This document shows, one piece after another, positions 1 to 8,992 of a stretch of 64,000 bases of DNA (within the stretch, counting starts at the first letter, position 1; each line of letters starts with the position of its first letter). The position numbers and the translations under genes are program-made. A model generated the notes under the pieces. It worked only from the letters and a program-made list of their open reading frames with translations, was not told the origin of the DNA and ran no database searches. Where the stretch lies: positions 1 through 64,000 of IMG/VR virus record IMGVR_UViG_3300025832_000005; one strand, written 5' to 3'. Source of the DNA: an uncultured virus (IMG/VR IMGVR_UViG_3300025832_000005) (Duplodnaviria; Heunggongvirae; Uroviricota; Caudoviricetes).

Positions 1-337
1 GTCCTGGATTATCGCAATTATGTCTTGCTCTAAAACTCTTACGTGCTTTTGGATTGCTTTTGCGTATACGCATTGTTGGACGTTTAGCACTTGTGCCGCC
101 ATGACCAAAGTTAACTTTTTTTACTTTGTCGCCATCTTTTACATATACTTTAAACTTTTTAACATCGCCACGCATTGGCTTGTTTAATTTAACTTTACGT
201 CCTTGATACTCTGCTTCGAATAAATCATTTTCACATATACTATATGCCAAATATCCAAACTCTTCGTGGAAGTCTTGATTGTCTTCTAGAGTAATTTCAG
301 TCTGTTCGACTATTTGTGTAACTTCATTTATTTTCAT
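1..337 (-). CDS. Conserved myovirus hypothetical protein (partial, runs off window start)
   Basis: Manually translated: MKINEVTQ...AEYQGRKVKLNKPMRGDVKKFKVYVKDGDKVKKVNFG...RKSFRARHNCDNPG; basic motif seen in marine T4-like/jumbo phages; ATAAATA late-promoter-like site upstream (~368-374). Confidence 0.75.
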   Translation of the reverse strand, partial: MKINEVTQIVEQTEITLEDNQDFHEEFGYLAYSICENDLFEAEYQGRKVKLNKPMRGDVKKFKVYVKDGDKVKKVNFGHGGTSAKRPTMRIRKSNPKARKSFRARHNCDNPG

Positions 338-396
338 AAAAACGCCCTCAGTAATACTATTATAAAGTATTTATCTAAGGGCGTTAGTTAGTTTAA

Positions 397-861
397 TTAT
401 GCGTCATCTGTGAAATCGTCGTCGTCTGAGCCAACTTCAATATCGTCATCACCAGCTTCTTCAACTTGTGCTGCGCCATCTGCTACAGATGTTGCAAAGT
501 TCCATGGAACACTTTTGCCATCATAAGCATTACTGCCTGTTGAGCTCGGTGCTGATAGCGTAACTTTACGTCCAGCAATTTTACTTACTGTGTATGTTTC
601 CGCATCATCCATTTTGAATGAAATAGCCATTTCACCTGCTACTAGTGCCGCTGGTAGTTTACCAGTTGCTAGTGTACATGTGTGTTCAGTATCATCTGTG
701 CCCAGTGCTGAGCATACGAATCTTTTAGATCCTTTTTGTCTCACAATAAAGCCTTCTTTTACTCCAGATCCATTGTGAAAACTTACTTTAATTTCTTCAC
801 CTGCCGCTGTTGGTCCTACATCAGCTTTAGCAAAGAATCTTTTGTTTAGTGGTCTTCCCAT
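397..861 (-). CDS. Conserved jumbo-phage protein (MGRPLNKRFF...), probably virion-associated
   Basis: ORF 397..906; start moved to ATG at 861, which has an AGGAG RBS; acidic C-terminus. Confidence 0.7.
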   Translation of the reverse strand: MGRPLNKRFFAKADVGPTAAGEEIKVSFHNGSGVKEGFIVRQKGSKRFVCSALGTDDTEHTCTLATGKLPAALVAGEMAISFKMDDAETYTVSKIAGRKVTLSAPSSTGSNAYDGKSVPWNFATSVADGAAQVEEAGDDDIEVGSDDDDFTDDA

Positions 862-1415
862 TTGTTTTCTCCTTGACGTTCTAAGTCTACGGGGTTGAAT
901 CCCCATAAAGTCCTCCGTGGACTAGTAGTATTTATCGGATATCTACGTATTCCTATCGCCCGAGATGGATTGTACAAATCATAACGCACTTGGTTGGCTT
1001 GATTACCACCAAGTATAACCCACTTACCATTGGCTGTTTTTCCATAATAAAAGCCAACATGACCTTGCCAACCCTGATTACCCCTTGGAAACACAACAAC
1101 ATCTCCACGTTGTATATCTCCAGGTTCTACACGATCGCCCCAATATAAAAAACTTCTAGCCATGAGCGGAGGATACTTGGTTTGATCGTTTAGATTAGGT
1201 ATGCTGTCTATTTCTAGTACAGCATTAACAAATGCCGCACACCATTCTGTACGTACAGGATCTACATCTAATAGTTCTTTAAGTTCGTTACGATGTACTC
1301 GTTCCTGTAAGCCAATATAAGGCTGTGCTGACATTACACTGTTGTTATTTTCTGCGATACCAACACTGCAAGCACCAAGTACTAGTACAGTACAAATTGA
1401 ATATAATGATTTCAT
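846..1415 (-). CDS. TIGR02594-family NlpC/P60-like cell-wall hydrolase, lipoprotein-like N-terminus
   Basis: WCAAFVN catalytic Cys motif, GDVVVF, GHVGF His, LGGNQ; LGAC lipobox-like segment. Confidence 0.8.
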   Translation of the reverse strand: MKSLYSICTVLVLGACSVGIAENNNSVMSAQPYIGLQERVHRNELKELLDVDPVRTEWCAAFVNAVLEIDSIPNLNDQTKYPPLMARSFLYWGDRVEPGDIQRGDVVVFPRGNQGWQGHVGFYYGKTANGKWVILGGNQANQVRYDLYNPSRAIGIRRYPINTTSPRRTLWGFNPVDLERQGENKWEDH

Positions 1416-1423
1416 GTGGATAT

Positions 1424-2206
1424 TTAGTTATCTATAAAGAAATTTTCAATCTTAATATAAGGCGTAGAGTCATCAATGTTACATAATATTTTACTAGTAA
1501 CAACATTAATTTCTATACCATTATTAATACGGGTTTCAAACATTTCTATAAATGGATTATGCTTTGTGTGTACCCATACTTTTACAGCACCATATTCACT
1601 AGCACAAATGTACCAACGAATTTGTTTATGAGTGTACGCATAAACACTACGTACAAGCAGTTTACGATTTTCATAATCCTTGGGGTCTTTAAGTTTTGCT
1701 TCAATGTTACTAGTAAAATAACTGACATAGTTATTAAATGGCACTGTACCTTGAATACGTCTTGACGCTTTTTCTAGTCGTTGTCTGTCCCAACTTTCAC
1801 TAAGTTGATCAATCGCAGTGTCTACATTGTATTGTAGCTCAAGCCAACGTGCTAGTCCAATGTAACGATTGATGTCTTCTGTTCTACGAGTACTAGAATA
1901 ACTATTACTGACGTTAGGTTGACTATCAAATGATGATATAGCGTCACTTTGGTATGGTTTATTCTCAATAAATTTTTGTAGTGTTTTACGAAAACTAGAT
2001 AACCCTTCGCCAGTTAGTTTAGCATTAATGAATAATGTACGATAATATTCCCAAATAGATTCAGCTTTGGTATCAGTAAGGTGTTGGTTAGTTAATCTAA
2101 AAACATTAAAGTTACTTGTTTCCTTGGGAATACACTTAAACTTAAACGTAGACGTATACGATTCGAACACCGTTACATCGTTATCAGTTAGTTCAGGGTC
2201 TCTCAT
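1424..2206 (-). CDS. Hypothetical protein
   Basis: 260-aa ORF coupled (ATGA overlap) to uvsE. Confidence 0.6.
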   Translation of the reverse strand: MRDPELTDNDVTVFESYTSTFKFKCIPKETSNFNVFRLTNQHLTDTKAESIWEYYRTLFINAKLTGEGLSSFRKTLQKFIENKPYQSDAISSFDSQPNVSNSYSSTRRTEDINRYIGLARWLELQYNVDTAIDQLSESWDRQRLEKASRRIQGTVPFNNYVSYFTSNIEAKLKDPKDYENRKLLVRSVYAYTHKQIRWYICASEYGAVKVWVHTKHNPFIEMFETRINNGIEINVVTSKILCNIDDSTPYIKIENFFIDN

Positions 2207-3267
2207 GCCGCAATCTTTCCAGTAAACGCATCAGTATTCATAAAGTGACGTTGTAGTAGTTGGTTACTTGCTAAGTTTTTACATTTTGCTTCTACCATAA
2301 TATCAGCCCACTGCCAATGTGAGAGTGCCCAGTCATTTACAGCATCATTCCACAAATAGTCTGAATGCGCTCTTAGTTTTCCCTTCTTAAAGCCTTGCTC
2401 TTCAAGTTCTGGAAAGTCTGGCTTGTGTGTTCTAGAGTGTTCAAGCAATAAATCTTCACGACTAACACTGTAGTGCATCGCAGGACGAACACCACGCCAA
2501 CTATCAATAATACGTTTTACTCTGTCATCGTCGGGTCTAATATATTCACCGCCACTGTTCACCCAATGATGATGGATATCGAGTACAAGAGCAACATCTT
2601 TTTCTAGTTCTAGCGTTGCGTCGAGTCCCCAGGCGTTTTCTTCGTTTTCGATAGTGATACAGTTTCTTGCTTCTGTAGACAGTCTTGGAAGGATGGCTTT
2701 GATACCGGCTGGACCTTGTCTACCGGAGATGTGGACGTTACACTTGAAGTCTTGCCACTTCTGACCGTAACCCATCCACCTGATGATATCCGCATGGTAT
2801 TCAAACTCCTCTAAACTACGCTCAACAACATCTGGATTATCGGAAGCAAGAACGGTAAACTGACCAGGATGCATAGACAAGCGTACATCAAGCTCACGTG
2901 CAATTTCGCCAACACTCGAGTATGCTCGCTCGAGCCGTGCTTGGAGACTTGGCTCCCTATAGAAATAAGCCCAATCACCATGAGTATAAGCAGGCAACAA
3001 ATTTGACCCGATACGTACCATACGTAATTGTTCTGGTAAATTTCCAACATATCTAATTAACCTTTCTAAGTTAGTAACGTTATCAAAAGCAATCTCATAT
3101 AAGCGTTGCTCTGCTACCTCACGAGTTTGTCGGTTAAGCCATGTGATAGTTGTACTACGCTCTGTATACTTAGACTGTATTTCTTTAAGTATCTTTGGCT
3201 TTTGCGTTTGGTCCGGGTGCATGTATTTACACGCAAACCCGATACGATTTAGATTTTGATTAAACAT
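2203..3267 (-). CDS. uvsE: UV DNA damage endonuclease (UVDE)
   Basis: RIGFACK N-terminus, RLSMHPGQFTVLAS, ENEE, LDIHHHW, RAHSD, MVEAKCK motifs. Confidence 0.92.
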   Translation of the reverse strand: MFNQNLNRIGFACKYMHPDQTQKPKILKEIQSKYTERSTTITWLNRQTREVAEQRLYEIAFDNVTNLERLIRYVGNLPEQLRMVRIGSNLLPAYTHGDWAYFYREPSLQARLERAYSSVGEIARELDVRLSMHPGQFTVLASDNPDVVERSLEEFEYHADIIRWMGYGQKWQDFKCNVHISGRQGPAGIKAILPRLSTEARNCITIENEENAWGLDATLELEKDVALVLDIHHHWVNSGGEYIRPDDDRVKRIIDSWRGVRPAMHYSVSREDLLLEHSRTHKPDFPELEEQGFKKGKLRAHSDYLWNDAVNDWALSHWQWADIMVEAKCKNLASNQLLQRHFMNTDAFTGKIAA

Positions 3268-3538
3268 TTTGCGTTACTTTATTATAAAATTTGCGGTGAG
3301 CAGCAATAAACTGCGGAGAATTCATTTTAGGTAGCAAGTTGTGGATAAATTCTTTTGACTGTGTAAATTGCGCATACAATGTATTATACAATGATTCTGA
3401 GAAAGGCGCAACAACAAATGCTTGCTTACCCCAAATTTCTTGGGCAGACGCATATTCTTGTTTTGTTAACACTTTGCTGGTGTGCAATCCGGTTAAGCAA
3501 GGGTTAGTGACAATGTAGGCTGGCATATTGTTTGACAT
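3260..3538 (-). CDS. Hypothetical protein
   Basis: 92-aa ORF with AGGAG RBS, directly downstream of an early promoter. Confidence 0.6.
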   Translation of the reverse strand: MSNNMPAYIVTNPCLTGLHTSKVLTKQEYASAQEIWGKQAFVVAPFSESLYNTLYAQFTQSKEFIHNLLPKMNSPQFIAAHRKFYNKVTQNV

Positions 3539-3565
3539 AAGATTCTCCTGAATGTATATGTCCTT

Positions 3566-3594
3566 ACTATACAGTAAGCCGTCTTGGTTGTCAA
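3566..3594 (-). promoter_or_regulatory. Sigma70-type early promoter with conserved palindromic spacer
   Basis: TTGACA-accaagacggcttactg(17)-TATAGT on minus strand. Confidence 0.8.
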
Positions 3595-4151
3595 GTAAAT
3601 TGTGATTTATTTTTTGCGTAAAAGTCTACAAGCTCTTTATCTTTTACAGCCATCCGTTGTTGATAGCTTTCTGGTAGGTCATCCCAAGGACGCATTGCTG
3701 GGTGTGTTTTTTCTGTTAAGTCTAAATTAAGACCAAAGCGCCATCCATTTTGCTGACGCTCTTGTATCCAACTATTGTGGTGTTGGCGTGCCATTGAGTT
3801 ATATAATGTTAGTCTAGCATCTTCTTCGATATTAATATCGTATTCAAATGGGTGTCCAAAATCAGCATCCGCACGATATACGTTGCTGGTTTCTATTTCA
3901 AAGTCATGTTCAGTAACACGCATATATCCTTCAACAATACGTTCTGCTTCATTGCCAGTAAGATGTCTTACCAATGGTAGTATGTATACATATTGTTCAT
4001 CTTGCATACCTAGCATTAAGTTTGTTGTTGTGTCGTCATCACCAGCCATAATGCCTTCTGGACCAAGCATCTCAATAGTATAAAACCATTTTTTTGCTTG
4101 TTCACTGTTTAGTGCTGTAGGTGTACGTTGAAGGATATAAAAGTCTTGCAT
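3591..4151 (-). CDS. RyR-domain-containing protein
   Basis: C-terminal HNSW...GWRFG...KTHPAMRPWDDLPE matches the RyR repeat signature. Confidence 0.7.
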   Translation of the reverse strand: MQDFYILQRTPTALNSEQAKKWFYTIEMLGPEGIMAGDDDTTTNLMLGMQDEQYVYILPLVRHLTGNEAERIVEGYMRVTEHDFEIETSNVYRADADFGHPFEYDINIEEDARLTLYNSMARQHHNSWIQERQQNGWRFGLNLDLTEKTHPAMRPWDDLPESYQQRMAVKDKELVDFYAKNKSQFT

Positions 4152-4154
4152 GTG

Positions 4155-4622
4155 TTATCTTTTCTTACTACTTGATTTACCAGCATATGCTTGTCCACCA
4201 AAGAACGCAGCAACGATAGCGGCAACTGATACAAAGTATGTAGCGGCCATATTACCTAACACTGTAGCAGCTTGATCTAAGTTTGCTAGTACTGCTAATA
4301 CAACAGCAAAAGGATATAGTAACATCCCCATTAAAGCAAACCAAGCCATTTTACGTTGCGCATCACGCATCGCATCTGCGTCTTCAAATTCTTTACGTTT
4401 GAACTCTAAGTGCATTGCTAGTTCTTCATCAGATACTTTACCGTCTCCGTTAGTGTCTGCTGGATGATAAACACCTGGTGCTTGTGCTACTGGTGCTTGT
4501 ACTGGTATTACCGGTGCTGTTGCTACTGGTGTTGGTGCTACTGGAGCAGGTGCTACCGGTGTTGGTGTTGGAGCAGGTGTTGCTCCAGCTGATTTGAGTT
4601 GCTCAGGTTTTTTTCTTGGCAT
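4155..4622 (-). CDS. Membrane protein (Pro/Ala-rich N-terminus, EF-hand-like loop, 2 TM); holin-like
   Basis: PAPTPTPVAP repeats, DTNGDGKVSDEE loop, two hydrophobic helices, basic C-terminus. Confidence 0.55.
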   Translation of the reverse strand: MPRKKPEQLKSAGATPAPTPTPVAPAPVAPTPVATAPVIPVQAPVAQAPGVYHPADTNGDGKVSDEELAMHLEFKRKEFEDADAMRDAQRKMAWFALMGMLLYPFAVVLAVLANLDQAATVLGNMAATYFVSVAAIVAAFFGGQAYAGKSSSKKR

Positions 4623-4650
4623 TTAAATTTCCTCTGTCTCTCTCACTGAT

Positions 4651-4977
4651 TTAAAATGTAAAGTCTGCTACTGTAGCGCCTGAACAGTCGTAGTTGTTTA
4701 CACCTACTGTTGCGCCTAGTCCTTGTAGTTCAGTTTGTAAATTTCCTGCTGACCAAGCATTGTTTTCAATTGCTACACGAAACGCACCAGTTAATTCTGC
4801 TCCCATGGCTAAAATTGTACCTTTACGAGCAATAAGTTCTACAATAGCTTCTACTGCTTCGCCTGGATTAGTTTCTGTTGCTAATGAAGCACCTGTATCA
4901 ATAGTAAAGTATGATACTGGAGCACCCCATTCTTGTGTATTAAATTCGATTTTGTTTGTTGAATTTCTTGTTACCAT
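4651..4977 (-). CDS. Small putative virion protein
   Basis: ATG at 4977 with AGGAG RBS; late promoter TATAAATA at 5006-5013. Confidence 0.6.
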   Translation of the reverse strand: MVTRNSTNKIEFNTQEWGAPVSYFTIDTGASLATETNPGEAVEAIVELIARKGTILAMGAELTGAFRVAIENNAWSAGNLQTELQGLGATVGVNNYDCSGATVADFTF

Positions 4978-5014
4978 AATAATAACTCCTATGTTTGTAT
5001 ACACGTATTTATAT

Positions 5015-5047
5015 AAAAAAAGCCCCGCTAATGATAGCGAGGCTTTT
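5015..5047 (-). terminator. Rho-independent terminator
   Basis: AGCCcCGCTA/TAGCGaGGCT stem with A7 run (U-tail on minus strand). Confidence 0.7.
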
Positions 5048-5072
5048 AATCTCTGTCAGTTAACTAAGTAAC

Positions 5073-5354
5073 TTATGCGTCTGCTTCAAAAGTAACTACT
5101 GCACTAAGTGCTTGTCCTTTTACTGTAGCTGAGTAAGCTGAAACGTCTGGTCCGCCTTGTACTGCGAAGTGCATAACACCGCCGCCGTTTGCTGTTCCTG
5201 CGATACCTGCTACTGTTCCGCCGTCTACTGTTAGTGCCGCTTCAATTGCTGCCGCTCCAGCTGCGTCTGCTACTGCTGCGTCTGTTACTAGTACTGTTGT
5301 TCTTGAACCTAAGCCGTTGCCTGCTTTTGTTGTTGCTGTTGTTGTTAAAGCCAT
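5073..5354 (-). CDS. Small Ala/Gly/Thr-rich putative virion (decoration-type) protein
   Basis: 93-aa ORF with strong RBS, own late promoter and terminator, strongly biased codons. Confidence 0.6.
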   Translation of the reverse strand: MALTTTATTKAGNGLGSRTTVLVTDAAVADAAGAAAIEAALTVDGGTVAGIAGTANGGGVMHFAVQGGPDVSAYSATVKGQALSAVVTFEADA

Positions 5355-5411
5355 TGCTTTTCTCCTAAAAAATTAGTGCGGTTATATATCCGCCTACATT
5401 TATTTATCCGA

Positions 5412-7412
5412 TTAGAATGAAATACTTGTAGTTTTAACAAAGGCAACCCAACGAATATTCGTTGCCGCCTCGCCAGTTACTGTTATAGTTAGACTTTCAC
5501 CTGTTGGTGCTGCTGTGGCGACCCAACTTTCTTCATCTTCTGCTAAAATAGTTTCTGTTACTGTATTAACTAAAGTAGCAGTACCACCAGGATTATCAAT
5601 AACACCAGTGATCTTATAACTACAATGTGTTGTACCGCCAGTTTGTCTTCCAACAATAGTTGCTTCAAACTGCATTGTAGTATTAATTGCAATTGCTATT
5701 TTAGATACGCCCACACTTAGATTTAACTGAGTTGGTGTTGCGTCTGTAGTTGCTGCGTATAGTACATACATAGTATGATCTACATTAGCACTAAGTTGGT
5801 TACCAACACCAATTTTACCAGTTGTAAAAGCTACACCAGCACCAGTTACACTTAAATCTGTGCCATCCCAAGTAAGGTTAGTATCGTCTTCAATGATGCC
5901 ATTGGCACCAGAAATTAGTATTCTATTATCAGTTAGTGTACTGCTTTTGATACCAGCAAACCGTACATTAGCATCAAAAGTAATTAACGTTCCAGTTGAA
6001 GAGCCGTTAAATGTCCCAGTACCAACAGTAAATTCATTTGATGTTTCATCCCAACCAACAAACACGTTGTCTTCTGGTCCACGGTTAATAACAATACCAC
6101 TGTCAGCAGACATTGGCGGACCAGCATAACCTTGATTAAGTTCAATTAGCTGATCAGTTACAACAGTATTAGTTGTGTTTACAGTTGTAGTTTCACCTGA
6201 AATTACTAAGTTTCCAGTAATACCTACATTTCCACCTACTAGTAAATTAGTGTTAGCACCAAGAGTTAAATCTGTGCCATCGAATGTTAGATTAGCGTCG
6301 TCTTCAATGGCGCCATCTACTCCCGCAATAACAATGCGGTTGTCGGTTAAGTCACTTACTGTGGCACTTGTTAGTGTTGTTTCTCCAGCACCAAGTACAC
6401 CAAGTGTACTAATTCCAGTAACATCAAGTGTGCCGTTGAGTGCCGTGTTGCCGTCTACTGTTAAATCACTATCTGCTTCAATATCACCAGCCACTGTTAT
6501 AGTTTGTTCAAATATTGTAGTGTTGGCAAATGTCTTTTTGCCAGTGATTGTCTGAGTAGTGTCTATTGTAACTATATTAGTTGGGGCGATAACAATAGCA
6601 CCATCAAAATGTATTGCTTTTTTGTTATCTATTTTTAAGAAGACTGGTGATGGTTTTTGCCCAACTGGTATTGTTTGTGTTAATTTGCCAGGATTAGCTG
6701 TATCCCAGTAGTAATATAAGTTGCCACTTCCATCATCTGGCAAATCAATATCAATTGTATCACCAAATGGGTTAATTCTAAATGCGTTTGGAACAGGATT
6801 AGCAGTCTCAACCACAACACCACAAGCTGTATCAGTTGCAGTTAGTAGTTTCCAAAGATTAGTAGTATCGTCCCATGTAACAATGTCACCAACAGCCAGT
6901 CCTAGTGCTATGCTACCTGCTTGCTCAATGCTTATTAATTTGTCTTGACGTAAGTAGGAAAACTTACTAATAATCTCAGCAGCCGCTGTTTTAATAAATC
7001 CAACAATTGATTCACTGTATTGCGTGTATGGAAAAAGGATTGGACGTCCTTCACTAACTTCAAATACAATGCCTTCACTACTAGGAATGTATCCTTGTGA
7101 GTTACCACTTGTGTCTTGTTGTTGGTTTAATCTTAGTTCATCTTCTGCGATAATAGTCGCATTTTGACTTGTTTGTGCCGTAATGTCGACAACTTTGAGT
7201 ATCTTACCGCCGCCATTAGTACTTACATAGTCACCAACATTTAAGTCAGTTAAGTTGTAAAAACTACCTTGTGTACTATCACTGTGTGTTTGTGGATTAA
7301 TAAGTGATAGTGACGCATTATAGCGATACTCCCGCCCTGCAGCGTCGGGATCCGCAATGCTAATTAAATTGAAGCGGATTGGTAATAACTTGGGTGGCTT
7401 AATTAAGCTCAT
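5412..7412 (-). CDS. Putative tail fibre / virion structural protein
   Basis: 666 aa, Gly/Thr/Asp-rich beta repeats, QTITGKKTF motif, duplicated LTDNRI...IEDD.NLT.DGTDL units. Confidence 0.7.
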   Translation of the reverse strand: MSLIKPPKLLPIRFNLISIADPDAAGREYRYNASLSLINPQTHSDSTQGSFYNLTDLNVGDYVSTNGGGKILKVVDITAQTSQNATIIAEDELRLNQQQDTSGNSQGYIPSSEGIVFEVSEGRPILFPYTQYSESIVGFIKTAAAEIISKFSYLRQDKLISIEQAGSIALGLAVGDIVTWDDTTNLWKLLTATDTACGVVVETANPVPNAFRINPFGDTIDIDLPDDGSGNLYYYWDTANPGKLTQTIPVGQKPSPVFLKIDNKKAIHFDGAIVIAPTNIVTIDTTQTITGKKTFANTTIFEQTITVAGDIEADSDLTVDGNTALNGTLDVTGISTLGVLGAGETTLTSATVSDLTDNRIVIAGVDGAIEDDANLTFDGTDLTLGANTNLLVGGNVGITGNLVISGETTTVNTTNTVVTDQLIELNQGYAGPPMSADSGIVINRGPEDNVFVGWDETSNEFTVGTGTFNGSSTGTLITFDANVRFAGIKSSTLTDNRILISGANGIIEDDTNLTWDGTDLSVTGAGVAFTTGKIGVGNQLSANVDHTMYVLYAATTDATPTQLNLSVGVSKIAIAINTTMQFEATIVGRQTGGTTHCSYKITGVIDNPGGTATLVNTVTETILAEDEESWVATAAPTGESLTITVTGEAATNIRWVAFVKTTSISF

Positions 7413-7413
7413 A

Positions 7414-8343
7414 TTAGAAGATCACATTTATTTTTGCTGTACTACTCGTATCGGCTCCTGCCACACTAGCGTTAAGGTCAACAATAAACTTACTATTCTC
7501 TGAACCAACTGGCACAGTAGCTTGGAAACCAGCGTTTGGAAAACGTAGCTGCCATCCCAGTGTGGCATCTTTGCCCCAATAAGTTATGTTTTTAACCATC
7601 TTGTTTTCAGTGTGTGTTATAGTTGCTTTGTTACCAACAACTGCGCTTGTCCATCCTGCTGGCAAATCACTAATTGATTGTAAGTTACCATTACCGTCAA
7701 ATGCTGCTGTAATTTGGTAAGCAGATGAATCTTGTATCTGTGCTTGACTGTTAATAGTAACTTCATTAGCATCACTTGTGACTGTTATGTTATTACCAGC
7801 TATAATACTTTTAAACTCTAAATCAGCTCCGGTTTTCGCAGCAAATAATGTTGCGCCGCCGCCTCTGTTACTGGCAGTATTAATTTCAGCAGTGTTAACA
7901 AATCTTATTTCATTAGCAACAGTTGATACAGTAAAGTTAATATTACCTATACCTTCGTTTATCGTTCTAAACTGAAAGTCTCCAGCAACCTTGCTGCTGA
8001 ATACTTCTTGACCTGCGCCTAAATTACTGGCAGTATCAAGCACCCCCGTAGAGCTAATTTCTACATCGTTGGCATTAGCCACTAATGTGATACCAGCACC
8101 CGCTGTAATTGATTTAAATTCTAAATTTTGAAGAGTCTTTTGTTTGAATACCGTAGCACCTGTGCCAACATTACTTGCTGTAGTAATGACGGCGGCGCCA
8201 CCGCTGGATAGCGGTTTGTTTTCAAACTTTCCCGTAGTAGAGTTGTATTGCAGGAGGTCTTCATTTGCAATCGTTGTTTGATCGATGTCTACTAAAGGAA
8301 TCAATAATGATCGTAATGTTGAGCTTTGTGCATATATTGGCAT
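7414..8343 (-). CDS. Putative virion structural protein with three internal repeats
   Basis: Repeats of TASNxGxGxxxFxxKxxxD/NLEFKSIxAG; LQYNSTTGKFEN motif. Confidence 0.65.
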   Translation of the reverse strand: MPIYAQSSTLRSLLIPLVDIDQTTIANEDLLQYNSTTGKFENKPLSSGGAAVITTASNVGTGATVFKQKTLQNLEFKSITAGAGITLVANANDVEISSTGVLDTASNLGAGQEVFSSKVAGDFQFRTINEGIGNINFTVSTVANEIRFVNTAEINTASNRGGGATLFAAKTGADLEFKSIIAGNNITVTSDANEVTINSQAQIQDSSAYQITAAFDGNGNLQSISDLPAGWTSAVVGNKATITHTENKMVKNITYWGKDATLGWQLRFPNAGFQATVPVGSENSKFIVDLNASVAGADTSSTAKINVIF

Positions 8344-8380
8344 TGATCGTTCCTAAACTGTTAATTGTATTATATACTAT

Positions 8381-8791
8381 TTATAGGTTTAGGAGAATCT
8401 TATCCACTGTACCATGTAGTGCAACGTCATAAGTTGGGGCTGGATCAATATAACTACGATCAACACGGGCTCTAATCCAAAGTAAATTTGAACGGAACGT
8501 CCATGCTTCTGTAGTTGTATCTCCTAGGTTGTTTACTCCACTTGGTGCAGCTAAAACTGGATACTGTCTGTAGCTTTGTCCACTAGTTAAGTAAATTGGA
8601 AACCAATCAGTATTGGTAGGGTCAGTTGCTAAACTGCCCTCCAAATAAATCCTGCCTACAAAGTTTGTTACTCTTGCCGAGATTGTGTGTAGCCCATCAG
8701 TTTGGCCATAATAACCATCTGCTTTGACTTTATCACCAGTGTAGCTTAAAACTGCCTGGCTTGGTAATATATTAATACTTGTTGTACTCAT
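8381..8791 (-). CDS. Conserved phage protein, putative structural
   Basis: KADGYYG..DGLHT..F.GRI.LEGSLA.DP...DWF motif. Confidence 0.6.
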   Translation of the reverse strand: MSTTSINILPSQAVLSYTGDKVKADGYYGQTDGLHTISARVTNFVGRIYLEGSLATDPTNTDWFPIYLTSGQSYRQYPVLAAPSGVNNLGDTTTEAWTFRSNLLWIRARVDRSYIDPAPTYDVALHGTVDKILLNL

Positions 8792-8952
8792 TCTTTTATA
8801 ATTTCTACTACTTTACCTGCACCCGCTAATTCCTGGATGACTTGCTCAATACTATTTATTGTTTCCTCATCAAGAATTGTATGTGCTTCTTGGTTATCTC
8901 GTAGTAGTTCACTTACTTTTACAACAAAGTGTGTTTCATTTAAGTGTGCCAT
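8788..8952 (-). CDS. Small hypothetical protein (54 aa, not in ORF track)
   Basis: MAHLNETHFVVKVSELLRD...ELAGAGKVVEIIKE; AGGAG RBS; ATGA overlap with next gene. Confidence 0.65.
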   Translation of the reverse strand: MAHLNETHFVVKVSELLRDNQEAHTILDEETINSIEQVIQELAGAGKVVEIIKE

Positions 8953-8992
8953 TTTAATACTCCTGTTATAGTAGTATTTATTAGAAACGGGG

